Below are positions 1-13,718 of a stretch of 64,000 nt of DNA, piece after piece (the stretch's first letter is position 1; each line of letters starts with the position of its first letter). This DNA is from Nemertoderma westbladi (lineage: Eukaryota > Animalia > Xenacoelomorpha). Below the pieces are notes generated by a model. The model had not been told where the DNA came from. It was given only the letters and a program-made list of their open reading frames with translations, and did not search any database. A program made the translations under genes and the position numbers. Location of the stretch: assembly GCA_032718475.1 (NCBI GenBank), contig JAUCBJ010005318.1, forward strand, positions 495 to 64,494. Direction: 5' to 3'.

Positions 1-999
1 AAAAATATTAGTACAAAGTGCCACAATTCCTAAAAATATGCACTGTATAATAATTGCTTAATGATTTTCGTAATTGACTTAAAAAGGCCTATAATTATAA
101 ATTACATACCGGTAATTAACTACAAAAAAAACTATTAGGCTAATTACCAGAATACTGTACATGAATAAGACAAAGATAAGAATAAGACACTTACCGGTAG
201 TATAAAATGCCACAATTCCACGTGAGTTGATGGGCGTCAGCCGTCAGGTCGACGTATAGAACGGGACCCACCTCGTCCTCGTGGATAATTTCATTCCCCT
301 CGAACAGCGACCACACGAGGAGTTGTTTCAGGACCGAGACCTCGTTTTATCCACCACTGAAATACTGAGAAACCGCTGTAGAGGACGTCCGCCAAATCTC
401 CGCTAACCGTAAATAGATCCAATTGATCAAATTGATCCTTGCAAATTAATCAAAGGTAACAAGGGTATTGCAAATAATAGGCAAATTGCAAAGGAGTATT
501 AAACTGCTGACGCCCCAAATCCTTAATTTCAGTACAGCCAAGAGTAAAGAGACTTCTGTAACTAATTTGTGATGCCCAGATGTGTAATACTCAGAGACAT
601 GAGGCTTTCAGGCATTCAAAAGACAAGAGTTATAGCTGAAGTTATTCGTTATTGTTACATAATAATTCTGCTCCGCTTTTTGTTCCATTTCTGATTTCTG
701 AACAAAGTTATATTTTTTTTTTAACATAACGAAGTCGGTCAAGCCGACATCTTTAAAGTAAAATATGTATAGGTGAACAAATAATCAGCATGTCAATAAG
801 GTTTACATTAGGCACAAGATAAATGATGGTATAATAATAATATGTGTAGCACATCAGATAAAAGTAACGAATAAGACGAATGCACAAATAAAATATACTA
901 AATAGTATTGCAGAAAACATAGGTTAAAAAACATACATCGGCCCTTGATGCTGAACCCCCCCCCCCCTTCACCAGCGTCTATAGCTGAGCTGATATGAT

Positions 1000-1493
1000 G
1001 GCATTGCCGGAATGGAGACTTTAGGACACATTGAAGTACCGTAATATTCGTGTGTGTTTCACATCGAAAGGCGTATTGTGGAGGCTGTAACAGGTATTGA
1101 TAAAGTGTATCGTTTCATCGCTTCACTTCACCAGATGTTAATGATCCGTTGTTTAGACGAGATAATAATTCCTACTCGCAGTATGAGAATGTTAGGATAG
1201 TTAGGATATCTGGCATTGGGAAGGTGTTGGAACATTGTCGGTAGGCCCGTAGGCTGTTGGAACATTGTCGGTAGGCCCGTAGGCCCCACTGAGACGTGCA
1301 GTGGTAATCGTTGTCCTGATTGCTACTATTAATAATAGGTGATAGTCTAAGGATAAGGAAAGGCTGCGGGATTGTGTTTGCGGATGTGAAGGTACTCACG
1401 ATAGTCCCTAGAACATCTTTGTATGCTTGTGTGGATATTGGGTCGCAACTCATAAGGTCCATTACCACTTGGTTACTAGCATATGTGCCCCTA
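1000..1493 (-). pseudogene. Probable 3' continuation of the LINE remnant disrupted by the BEL element
   Basis: Contiguous with 17193 once the BEL element and one TSD are removed; short open frame 1172..1468 with a 30-bp internal duplication; left boundary approximate. Confidence 0.5.
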
Positions 1494-1498
1494 GGTAG

Positions 1499-2756
1499 TG
1501 TTCGCGCTTTCAGACCTTTGGCAGTTTAACCCGCCAAATTATGATGTCTTCTAGATATTAAATCGCTTTTCTGCCTACGACAAGTATTTGATTCACTACA
1601 CTAGTCGAAACCAATCCGTGCGCGATCATTCACCCGCTGGTTATCCCCGGGAGATTGGGTTCGACGGTTTAATCTTATTGCTATGTAAGCCTAATGTATT
1701 ATTCGACTGACAGTATTATATAATCTCTGACAATATTATTCACCTTCGGGAAATATTAACAGTTCCTTTAGGACGTGGTGCTCTATCTATATAAACAGAG
1801 TCATGACTTAAACTACTCACAACGATATGGTTTAGTTATAATTAACATATATGGCGCATTCTTTAGGAAATGCTTCTTTAACAGACTCACTCATACACAA
1901 TGCTGCACAATACTGCACACTAATCTGCCGATCTTCACTGATTTTAGTCACATATAAAAGGAACACAGGCTGACTCATGTAGGGTCTATCAAATAACATT
2001 AGATTCACTTCAAACCACTTTAACATAAGTTACAATCGTTTATCTGTAACCCTTCTCTCTTACCTTCGGTATATCAAGAATATTGGGTTTCGGGGTTGTT
2101 TCTCGTTATTCCAAATATAATAATTCATCCACAAATATAATGAATAACCGACAGCAAATAGCAGTATAAAACAACAACTGAACACTGATTGTTATGAGTT
2201 TGCAATGTTTCAGCAGTCAGTATGTATGATTAGTTAGCAAGTCATTAGAAGTGTTAAAGGATATATGTCCTTATAATTAAACCTGCTAGTGTTAAGCTAA
2301 AAAGCAGAAAAGCACAAAACACTATAAAGCCGTTCTTTCGTGGCTTTGAAAAACTCGTGACTACTGGAATATCAAATACACTTATTCCACAAAGCTCCCG
2401 TTCAACACAGAGGATGAGCAGTGAGATAGGAAAATTTCAGTTCAGTAGCTCAGGATTGGTTAAAATCCAGGATAACTCAAATTCTATTGGCCGATACGGA
2501 AAGCTGCAACGTGGCAATATCAGCCGTTAGCCGTCGTCATGGTAGCGACACTGTTTTCAAGAGTAGCGAGCCTTTTACGTCATGAAATTGCAGATTATGT
2601 CCTCTAAAGTACAAATACAGTTCAAATATAGAAGAAATGACTTTTATGTCCTCTAAAACACCAGTACAGCAAGGACACGGCCTTTTTATGCCTGGCAAAC
2701 CAACTACAGAGTACTTTAAGGGAAAATAACCGGTTAATGACGCAAAAGCTTTTACA
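1499..2756 (-). repeat. 3' LTR of the BEL/Pao element (1258 bp)
   Basis: Starts TGTTCGCG, ends TTTTACA; by eye differs from 15920-17187 by about 4 substitutions and one complex indel (net 10 bp). Confidence 0.96.
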
Positions 2757-2764
2757 CCGCTCCC
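2757..2764 (-). other. Polypurine tract (GGGAGCGG) of the BEL element
   Basis: Purine-rich octamer on the minus strand immediately upstream of the 3' LTR. Confidence 0.7.
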
Positions 2765-5567
2765 AGAAAATGGGATTTAAGTCTATAAAATATAACAAAT
2801 CACAGTTTCTAAAATATAAAGATACTCTAAACAGTTAGTCTTTCTTACGCAGACGGCGTTTACGCAGTTTTTGAGGCTAGCAAGAGTCCTTTTCTCTTTG
2901 GGGCGAGCCACTTTATTAGGAGGGCTATAAATCCTGGGTGAAGGGTGCAATATGATTGCATCAGAAGGTGTAGGATTATGGTCGGGGTATCCGCCGTTTC
3001 GATATGCTTCTCCTCGAGCTGATTTTCCTCCGCTCGTAGCTGGATACGTTCATCCAAAAACTCTCGCAGAGAATAGGATCGTCCAAGTTCGATAACTTCT
3101 TAGGGATTCTGGATTTCCCAATCGAATTGAGATAAGGCCCATTCGTTTATCGATTGGACTTACTGTTATAACTTACGTTTATCTGAACAAACGCAGGTTT
3201 CTTTTTTGATCTTTGTAGAATAGCGTTTAACTCGTTTCGTACAACGCTCTCCTTCACCTTGATGAGGGGTTGTATCGCGTTAAACAGGGACGACCATACG
3301 GTTGGATAGTGATATTAGGTGTCTGCGTCATAATCCGGCTAGGTAAGATGGGCGGCTAGCTAGAAATCACTGTCGGAGTGTTACCGATTAATTGTTAGGG
3401 TAGCACTAGATCTTTGAACAGTGAATACAGTCCGCGAGGATCCGCGACACCACCAGGATCGCAGGTCTGAGGTCCAACTAAGGAATGAGGAGGTTTGACC
3501 GAGTATTCCGGGACTCTGATCGTAGGTTTACTCCAGGATCGTTCGAGCCGAGTGAGCATAGGTGATACGTCAACAAGTTTCGGTTTACGTGGATGTTTAT
3601 ATCTTTCCGTTTATTAGTTGGGTCTAGAGCGTTTATCGTAATAATACCAAAGACGCAAGTCTGGTAGGGTAAACGCGGGTGATATTTGTTTGTTGTTACA
3701 ATGCTTCTATCAAGAATTCCAAATATACGTTGGAGTTACCGCGTCCATTTGTTTCTTTAGTGTCTTTTCTTTCGAGTCGATTTCGAATAGAATTTTCGCA
3801 TTCGAATTTCAGTTTATGGTTCCGACTCCGCTGGGCAGGATATATAGTCGACATAGTCCGTATTGTGTAAATCGATAGGATGTCCATTACCAAGACCATC
3901 TTCTATCAACTCCGTCATATCTGCTATATATGAGTTTATCCATATTATACTGAGTTTATATTTAGGCGAGCGGGCGTCGCTGCCTACTCCAATCAACCCC
4001 CGGACAGTACGAGATCCTCAGCGCCGATGTGTCGTCGCCGCTGTACTTTCGCCAACGACGTAGCCGCACAACGACAACGACAACCGGCACAAGTCACTCA
4101 ACTGTCCGTCCCAAAGGCTTAGATGTACTTCAGGTTTTCCTTGGAGAGTTAGGTTACTTTACAATTGCGACTGGCTACTGTAAACACACCTTAGTAGTAA
4201 CATTCGCCTATAAGCTCACAAGTACCACACACACATCTTGTCACAAATTACACACACTCGGGTCACTTGTCCGTTAGTCAATGCCTTCCAGAATGTCACT
4301 GTATTATTATGTATTCTTGGATACTAGTAGTGCGCTATTTATTCCCTATGCTATTCAATGGGACAAGCTTTCTATTGTTCGTTTAACTCAATTCTAATTC
4401 TAGCGTGGTTGTTGCTATGGTGACATTATGCAAAGCTAGCGGTAGAATTAGAGTAATTCCAATGCATACAGATCTGGGATGTTATTTAATAGTATTCTTT
4501 AATAGTCAATGTTCGGTTTTATACATGACTTTATGAATTTTATCGGCTATTGACTATGTTTGGGAGACTTTCGCACACTCATATGCATGATAAGATAAAT
4601 CTCCGCTCCCTTGATCTATTAATTAATGGAATTTTGGGAACTTTATAAATTGCGTAAAAATGGCAATTTATTAAATTCATTAAAAGGCATGAATTTAAGT
4701 TTATTCCCTGAAATTTTATTATTTGATAATTAAATGGACATATTTTGATTCTAGAACATGTCTAGGGACACAAGATCCTTAATTCTATGACAATTGTCTT
4801 TTTTAAGAATATCGGTAAATGCTACGATATCTTAATTGACTAGAATTGTGGAAGGATCTGAATTTTACAGATTTTGATTTATTAGATTTGCAAATATTAA
4901 ATAATTAATATTTGAGATGGGCACCGATTTATTCCAGAACTTGTCTGGGGACGTTAACCACTGATTCTATAATTTGTCTTTCAAGTATATCGGTGGGTGC
5001 CGCGATATCTTAATCGACTAGAATTGCAGATGGTCAAATGGTTTAACAGATTTATTTTGCGTTATACGCTACTGTTAAAGGGACATCACGCTACTATATG
5101 TATTATTTAATATACGGTATGAGAGCAATATCGCACGAAGCAATGTCAGTGTGAAGAGGCAAGTCGTTTCCAAAGTCTACCCAGAGCTTGGTTTAGCCGA
5201 GACGCGAGGATCTGAACTTTGCATTCCTAATACTCTGCCTACCAATAATACTTAAATATAGTAGTGGCTTTATTGTACTTTAATAAGTACAGACATTTCA
5301 TCTTACTGTAGTTACGTATTTATAATATAATACGGACAGTAAGGAAAGAGAAAAATAATTATTTCTTCGCCGTCTCACTAAATATAATATAAGGAATTAC
5401 GTACGTAATAAACACGAGTATATTGCACTATTCTACAAAATAATCGCTAAATAATATTCTACTAAATTAAATAAAACGATAATAAAATTACATAGTAATA
5501 CATACATAAATATAAAAATAATAAAAGAATATAAAATAATAGAGTCATACGCCCACTCCGAACGATA

Positions 5568-8500
5568 TTAAGTTGGGAAGTCCCTAGATGTCGGTTGGAT
5601 TAGGGAAGTGGTCGTGGGAAGAGTTTCTTGCCTTCCATAGTTTCCGGAGAGCTCTCTGTCTCTTTCCAGTAAACATAAACGTCCCACTGGGCGATTGAGC
5701 TGTTGAGTCTCAAAGACTATCCCTGGTTTCTTAAAGTTCCGCCGCATGACGACGAGCTCTACTGATTGCACCAAACCATCGCTCGAGATATAAGTCTCGA
5801 TGATACGTCCTGTTTGCCATCGCTTACGTGGGAGATCGGGGTCCACAATAAGCACCATGTCTCCAGCGCTGACGTTTTCTTGCTGCGCAAACCACTTAGT
5901 TCGAAGTTGTAGAGTGGGCAGGTAATGTTTCTCGAAATGGTCAGCAAAACGACGGGATAGCAACTGCATAAGTTGCCAGGTTCGACGACAGTACTCGTCT
6001 CCGTCTGTGATCTCCGATCGTGGGAGCATGGCTACGGGTTTCTTCAGTAGAAAGTGCGCGGGTGTTAGCGCTTCCAGGGAATCAGGATTTGAAGAGACTG
6101 GCATAAGCGGTCTTTCGTTGAGATAGGCGGCGATTTCCTCCATTAACGTCCGCAATAGTTCGTCGGTGAGATAAGCGCGACAAGGCACAATAAAGTGGAA
6201 CGCAGTCTTCACGCTCCTAATCAATCTCTCCCAACTTCCTCCCCACCAAGGGGCGTCGGCGGCGTTGAAGGTCCAGCTAGACGCTGTTATCCTTAGCTGA
6301 TCGTCCACCTGTCTTTTGTTCCAGTCCTTTACGTAAGCTTGAATTTCGTTGTTGGCGCCAATGAAGTTCGTTCCCTTATCCGATCTCATTGTGTTACTGG
6401 TTCCGAAGCGAGCGATCTGTCGTCGTAAACTCAACACGAAGCTGTTGGTGGAGAGATCGTTTACCATATCGAGATGGATAGCTCTACAAGTCATACAAAC
6501 GAAGATGACACACCATCTCTTGACTATAGTCCGGGCACGATATACTTCAATAGGGCCAAATAAATCCACACTGGTATTAGTAAAGGGTGGTTCATAGAAG
6601 CTTACTCTTTCCCTAGGTAATTCTGCCTCTCGCTGTGTTAAAGGCCTACTGAATGCTTTCCTACAGGGTATGCAGTTCCTAAGAACTTGGTTCAGAGCCT
6701 TACGGGGTTTATAAAAATAGTAGCGAGTTCGAATTTCGCTCAGAACTCGTTCTCTACCTGCATGGTACAGTTTGCTATGAACATCTACAATCATCTTGAT
6801 TTGTATATCAAGATTTCTAATGAGTATGGGAAACTTAGTGTCAAAGGATAATGGGGCGTTGGTCAGCCGACCTCCAACACGTATTAACCCATCTATCATG
6901 GTACTAGAGAAGCGATCCCTTAAGCGCATCTGTGGATTTCTTAACAACAGGAAATACTTATCGGAATCCTCATAGCATTGTAGGAATCTCAGCATCTGTT
7001 TGTTGGTTTCATCATGCTCCTGGTAACTGATCTTTTCCTTTAGAAACCTGTCGGATATCTTGTATTTAGGAAGATCTTTAACAACATGGACTCGTGCAGA
7101 TGTTGATGGAGCATCATCACTATTGGTCTTTGTTCCGGAGTAACGATGATGAAAACATCGTTTCAAATAGGTAACAGCTTTACAGAGCCGATTCCAGGAA
7201 CTGTAGTGACGTATCGCTCTCTGCAAGAGAGGTGAGAGTCCTTGCGAGATATCTGGTATTCCAGATTTCCAATCCTTGTCACGGATTTCCAAGACTTCTT
7301 TAGCCGTGGCAGTGGGTTTCTGATCCAAAGCATCATCTCCGGAAGTAAATAATACAGATAGATCAACCGCAGGTTTAAACAACTTCGATTTACTCGCTCG
7401 AGTTTTGGGTTTAACTTTCTCCGCTCCCTTGGCCTGTCTGATCTCTGCTGTTGTGAGATGGGGAGGCCATTCTTCTTCTTCCCTGTAGAGAAAGTCAGGT
7501 CCTCCTAACCATTCGGGAGTATTTACCAATTCCTTTGGAGTCGCTCCTCGGGACGCGATGTCTGCTGGGTTAATCGTTCCGGGGCAATGTCTCCATTGGT
7601 CCATCGTCGTGCGACTAAGTATGATGGCTACCCTGTTGGTAACGAAGACGCTGAACTGACAGACTTCATTGGTTATATACTCTAACACGAGTAAAGCATC
7701 GGTCCAATAGACAGTTTTCTCTAATGTATAGTCAATCTGTTCGGTGACATTCCGGCCGATGGATGTAGCGTATAGAGCCGCCTTTAACTCCGCTCGAGGA
7801 ACTTTCAACTTGTTGTTGATTAATGCCTTAGAAGTAACCAAGGCGACTTTGATTCCATCCGGAGTTTCCACTCTTAGGTAGGCTACTATACCGATTCCCA
7901 TATCGCTGGCATCTCCAAACACATGGAGTTGATAGGAATACGTAGGGAGAACATGACCAAAATATGAATGGGAAATTATAAAATCCTCGATAGCCGGTAG
8001 AGAATCTTCCCATTTCATCCACTGCTTCAGTAATTCCCCTTTAAGTGGATCGTCCCATGAGTGGTTTTCAAGCCACATTTGTTGTACTAAACTTCGAGCA
8101 ATCAATATAACTGGGCTAATAAATCCCAATGGATCGAAATAAGTGCTCAGTATACTTAAGCAAATCCGTTTGGTTCGAACAGGATTGTCCCGCTGTTTTA
8201 GTTGGAAAAACAGGATATCTCTCTCTGTGTCCCATTTCAAGCCGAGTGTTTTGGTTTCTGGCAGATCATCTTTGATCAAATCTAGATCTTTCGCTCCGCG
8301 ATCTTCCGCAGGAATCGACTCCAGAAACTCACGGGAGTTGCTGGTGAATTTTGTTAATCGAAATCCACCTCTTTTTAAGCACTCTACCGTTCCCTTAGCG
8401 ACCTCAATGGCTTCCTCAACTGATGGAAGGGACTTCAGATTGTCATCCATGTATATGTCTCTCTTGATGTTGTCGATCACTTCCTTAGAGAAGGCCTCTC

Positions 8501-11500
8501 TATTGTCCTCTGCAGTAGTACGCACTACCGAACAGGCGTTGGAAGGGCTTGAGATTATCCCAAAGGCCTGGATGGTCATCCAGTACTCCACCGGTTTCTG
8601 GTTGAGGTCTCCTTCGGGCCACCATAGAAATCGTAGGCTATCTCGATCCCTATCCAACACTTTGACTTGCAAGAACATGCCTTCTATATCGGAGGCGAAA
8701 GCAATCGAATATTGTCTCAATCTTAAAAGAATTCCCAACAAAGATTGAAGTAAGTTGGGTCCGGGTAACAATTCAGAGTTAAGGGATTGACCCATGTAAA
8801 GAGCGGAGCCATCAAACACTACTCTCACTTCGTGTGGTTTACCGGGTTTAGGAACGTAATGGTGAGTTAAATAATACGTTCTTTCAGTCACAGGTGTTTC
8901 TTCCGGTACTCTCTCCGCGTATCCCTTATTAATAAATTTTTCCAGCTGTGTTTGATACATGGCTTTCGCTGAAGAATTAGCCGTAAGGCGTCGATGGAGT
9001 TGCGCGATTCTTTTTTCCGCCAAAGGTCTGTTATTGATGAACTTCGGTTCTTTCTTGCGGAAAGGTAAACCGACTTCATACCTACCTTGATCTTTGAGGA
9101 AACATGTAGTTGTCTCTTGGATCTGCTTGGCCCTTTCCTCTTCCACAGACAAGGCTTTGTCGTAGGAATTGGGCTCTACCGCCTCTTGCGTAAAGAATCG
9201 TATGGCATGTTCATCCCGAATTTTGGCATTATGACGCTCAATGACGTCATTTAACTCGTCGTTATAAGCTTCTCGTTCAGATGGATAGAGAAGTTGACAT
9301 AAGTTCACTTGGTTTTGCCAAGCCTCGTTTTCCTTAAGGAGATCGATGGTATTCTCCTCATCAAAAAGCTGGTGAACGTCGTCGTTATCTGAGGAGTATG
9401 GAATTCCCTCAGTTGAATAGTCTCCTTCACTAGTATCATCTTCCCATTCACTCACCTGGCAGACTCTCTCTTGCGGTAGTCTTTCTCTGAGTGTTCTACG
9501 GGAAGGGCCAGTAAAGTACCAACCTACTCTAGTTCTTACCGCATAGGTCTGTAGGGGCTGCGGTTGAGCAGGCCGTTTCTCTAACGTCTCCAGCGCCTCA
9601 TGCGCGTTTTGGCCGATGAGTATTTGCACTCCAGGATAATCAGTCTGGAATCGAGGTATGTTAAGATGTTGGATGCTCTCATCCTCGTCCCAATCATAAA
9701 GGTCTGCTTGAGTAGTAGCGAAGTTCTTTATAGCCACCATTTTCACTGACCTTATGCTGTTTTCTCCTAATTCGTCCTGGGGGGTGGACAACGCTCCTAC
9801 ATAATAATCAGCTGTTATTGTAGATTTCCAAACTTGCATAATTCCTGACATGTTGAACTTAGTTTGGAACTTGGGTTGTCTAGCAAATATATCTTCGGCT
9901 AACTCTTTATCGATGAATGTTCCTGTGCTGCCGGAGTCAAGGAGGGCGTTTACTACATAACTCCTCTCAGGTCCGTGAACCCTTACTTGCACCACAGGAA
10001 ACTCTCGGATCCCTACATTGGAAGATGGCTCTTTCCAAGATGGTTGTCGTTCAGAAGTAGTTAGAGTGAAGTCGTTGTCTGTATCTTTTTCATATGTGAG
10101 TGCTCGATACACTGCGGTATTTATCATGTAACAGGATTCGTTTTCGTCGGAGAACTCATCTGTATAGAATCCTTCCATCTCAGATTGATCAGTGTCGTTC
10201 ACATCACTGAATTGGACATGTAGCTCGGAATCACTTACCTGATTCGGACTATTTCGATCAAATTCAGCGTGCAACAAGATATGATGTTTCGCACCACACT
10301 TTGCACACCTTATGTCAGAGAAACAGGTTCGTCGTTGGTGTCCTTGTCTGAGGCAGTTATAACACAACCGCTTGTCCCACATGACTTCACGCCTCTCAGT
10401 TAATGATTTCTTTAGAAATTCATCACACCTATTCAAATAGTGGGTCCCGTCGCATAGCGCACATCTCGGTTTGATGTTACTTACCTTATTCTGAGTCACA
10501 TTGTGTACACTTGCCTTTTCTTCGGGCTTTCTCACCTGAATTCTCTTGGGAGACGTAGGAGGAGTTTTTCTTACCTGTTCTCTCCTGTCATTTGTTCGAG
10601 CCTTGAATTTACTCACCTGATCTTTAGGTATTTTATTCACGTAATAAGATCTATCGGTGTCTTTCCCGCTATCTTCTCCTTGAGAAATCTGGCTTTTGCC
10701 TTTGTCTGTATAACACACTGGGGTTATCTTTCTCCTAGAGACGGGTTTTTCACTTACCTTGTTTTCCGGTGTCTTCTCTCTGGATTGCTTGAGGAGTTGC
10801 AATTTCACTTCTCCATCCAGGAATGACATGAGATCTGCCATGGTAGGGTCTCGTCGTTGTTGTTCCATCATATATAGTACTTTCTTATCCCAGCGTGTGC
10901 CTACCCCACCTTTCGGTAAAGTAGAAGCCACAGCTCCAATGACCATAGAACTTTGGTATTCATGAGACTTACCTAACCAATCTAATTGTCTACAGATCTC
11001 TTGAATCTCATCGGAAAACTCTATTATCCCACTGCTAATGAATTTTCTGGGAGCTACTAATTTTGCATATAAATACTTAGCGATGTTATTCCTATTACCA
11101 TACCTGATGTTTAGTGTATCCCAAACTTGTCTTAATCCGTCTGGATGTCCAATAAACTTTAACGCCATTAACTTGGGAGATCCTTCCAAGCACTCTATGA
11201 GGAACCTAAGTTTCTCTCCATTAGACAGTACAGAGTTCTGTATATTATCTTTGTAATATTCATTAAAAGGTAACCATTTCATCTCATCTCCATTGAACTT
11301 GACGATCTCTCCAACCTTTACCGCTTGCCGGGCTTCGGTTCTAGCCATTTGACGCGTAAAACTTTCTTGGGCCATCGTGTTATTTAATATCGAGTTATCG
11401 GTATATAAATTTCTCGGATTATGATCAGGTCTATAGGGAATGTCATTATCAACAGGTCTATAATTACCCTTAATAGGGTTCACTATAGGAGTTTCTACTT

Positions 11501-13718
11501 CGCTAGCAGTATAGATGCGTGTAGGCTCCATACCTTGCGCATGAGATACTTCAGACCTAACGGGTTGACACATTGTTACAAGGGGTGGTGGTATACCCCT
11601 TTGGGTATTTACTAATTTATCGCGCTCTAGCGCGATACTTTGCTGCACTTCTTGCAACTCTAGTTTACTTTCCCTTACCGTGCCCTTAAACTGCTGGACA
11701 GTCTCCTGCATCTGCCCGAGCAGAATATCCATCCCCCGCCGTCTCTCGTCCACCCATTCGACCGCCGAAGCGGGAGTCGCCAACGATGTAGCGGGCGGAC
11801 GAGGGACAACGGGCGACAAATTATGAATATTTCGCTCGGGGTCCAGGACCTGAACTGTCTCCTGGGCAGTTCTACGGGGCACAGGTAGCTTAGTGCTATG
11901 TAGAGGGAATTTAGCGGTAACTTCAGGGAGTACAGGTGTGTCTATCACCGAAGGGGTGATTTCGAGAACAGGCCTAATTGTTTCAGGCTCATCTACTATA
12001 GTAGGGAGTCTTTCGATTTTAATTATTTGGTCTGTAGGTTCTGTACTACCTAAGTTGGTGCTATTTAGTTGCCTTCTAACAGCTGGAGGCAAATCAGGCA
12101 ATTTTTGACGGTGGAACGTTCTTTTACGTCTGCTTAGACGAGATCTATTTCCTTTGCCTTCCGTATCGGTGGTATTGCCTTCCTCAGATGATGTATATCC
12201 CTGTCTTTTGGGAGTAGATCGATTCATCATCTGCATATTACTAGCTGTTAACTGTTTGTTTATGCAGTCTTGATTCTCTTGAATGTTTTCCAATTCTAAT
12301 TGGTTGGTTTCTTCAGCCGCTCTCCGTTCTGCTTCTACCACTGCCTCCACCACCTTTCTTTCCGCTTCGGCTGCTGCCTTTGCCTCTGCCGCTGCCTCTG
12401 CCGCTGCCGCTGCCGTTTTTCTTTCCGCTTCGGCTGCTGCCTTTGCCTCTGCCGCTGCCTCTGCCACTGCCGCTTTTGCCTCTGCTGCTGCCGTTTTTCT
12501 TTCAGCCTCTGCAGATGCCACTGCTGCTGCTACTGCCGCTGCCTTTCTGTCTTCTATACGTTTTTTCTTTACTTGTTCTTCCCTTTCTCTAGCGATGCGG
12601 AGTTGTTCATCGAATTTAGCTTGGTTCGCCGCTAACCTATCTACATCAATTGCATCCAACACAAGTTTGGCTCCTTCGCTATTAGGGCTAAGTCCCTCTA
12701 ACCTTCTCCTCAACTCTGCGTCTCCTACAAAGCGCTGATAGTCTGACAGATAGATGTCAATGGCATCCTTCTTATGTGGTTTCTCTGCCGTCGCTTCACT
12801 TTCCACTTGGGAAAAAGTAGCGTCGGTTGATTCTCCATGGGTTGAGCGCTCCTCCAACTGAGCTTTCCACTGAGCTGCTCCTTGAACCTGGCGTCTCACT
12901 CGTTGAAACCAAGTCTTCACGGCAACTTGCAACGACGTGTCTTGTCTTCTTTTAGAAGCCTCCTCAAAGGCGGATAAGATTAGCCTAATTCGCAGAACTC
13001 TTTCTCTAACTTGATAAAGCAGCGATCCCTGCTCTTGAGGTCCTTGAGGTTGTTGAAACAGTTGTTTTTCTACTCACTCCATAGAGCTGAAGAATCCTTG
13101 TGCGTATCCGGCTGCGGACCTCTTCCATACAGCTGGATCGATGGTTTCCTTGGCTACTCCCATCCGGTGTATGTCTTCCCAGGCAGCTTCTGATAAATCA
13201 AACGGGAGTCCGGGTCCGGGGAAGTTCCATTGTGACTCGACAATAGACTTCAGTTCTTCACTCGTGTATCCCGCATAACTATCTCTAGTTGGTCGTTGAC
13301 TTCTCGCCCAATCGATCTGGTGTTCTTCCACCGCGATCAATAACCTAGTGAGTACGGCTGCAGGAAGGATGAGAAGGGGATCCGTATAAACCGCATCCGT
13401 CATCTCTGCTCCGCGCTCGGGTGTCAGCTCTACAGTATCCTCACTACTGGAGCTGCTGGGCCGCTGAGTAATAAGTTCTTGACTCGCGGGTTGTTGCTGT
13501 TCCGCTGCTTCTTGGTCCCGCTTGACCTGAGCTCGGGTGCCTATGATAGACCTACGATGTTGGACTAGCCTAGGTTCTGTTATTACTACGGGAGGGATGA
13601 CCTTCCTCACAGTGGGAGGTGAACTGGACTTACGACTAGAGGGTTCTACACCTCTATCCGAGTCGCAGATAGTTACATCTAATAGACTGTCTGACAGGTT
13701 CTGCTTAGTATCAGACAT
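5568..13718 (-). CDS. BEL/Pao Gag-Pol polyprotein (about 2716 codons) interrupted by one in-frame TGA at 13074-13076
   Basis: ORFs 13074..13718 and 5568..12932 share a frame and the gap translates openly (VEKQLFQQ...RQDTSL). Zinc knuckles CALCDGTHYLNRC, CYNCLRQGHQRRTC, CAKCGAKHHILLH; protease LLDSGS; RT YMDD; RNase H FGDAS; integrase H..H..CIPC and D(LFGP)-D(KGTNF)-E(RL). Confidence 0.93.

Noticed and set aside
1100-1135. Hammerhead-like CTGGTGA...GAAAC on the minus strand
   Set aside because: Core mismatch and no closing stems
2860-4277. Intact env gene in the BEL element
   Set aside because: No long ORF, signal peptide or TM anchor in any frame examined
8143-12738. Plus-strand ORFs within the BEL pol/gag region
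   Set aside because: Antisense shadows of the long minus-strand frame or of the Ala repeats; no recognisable domains
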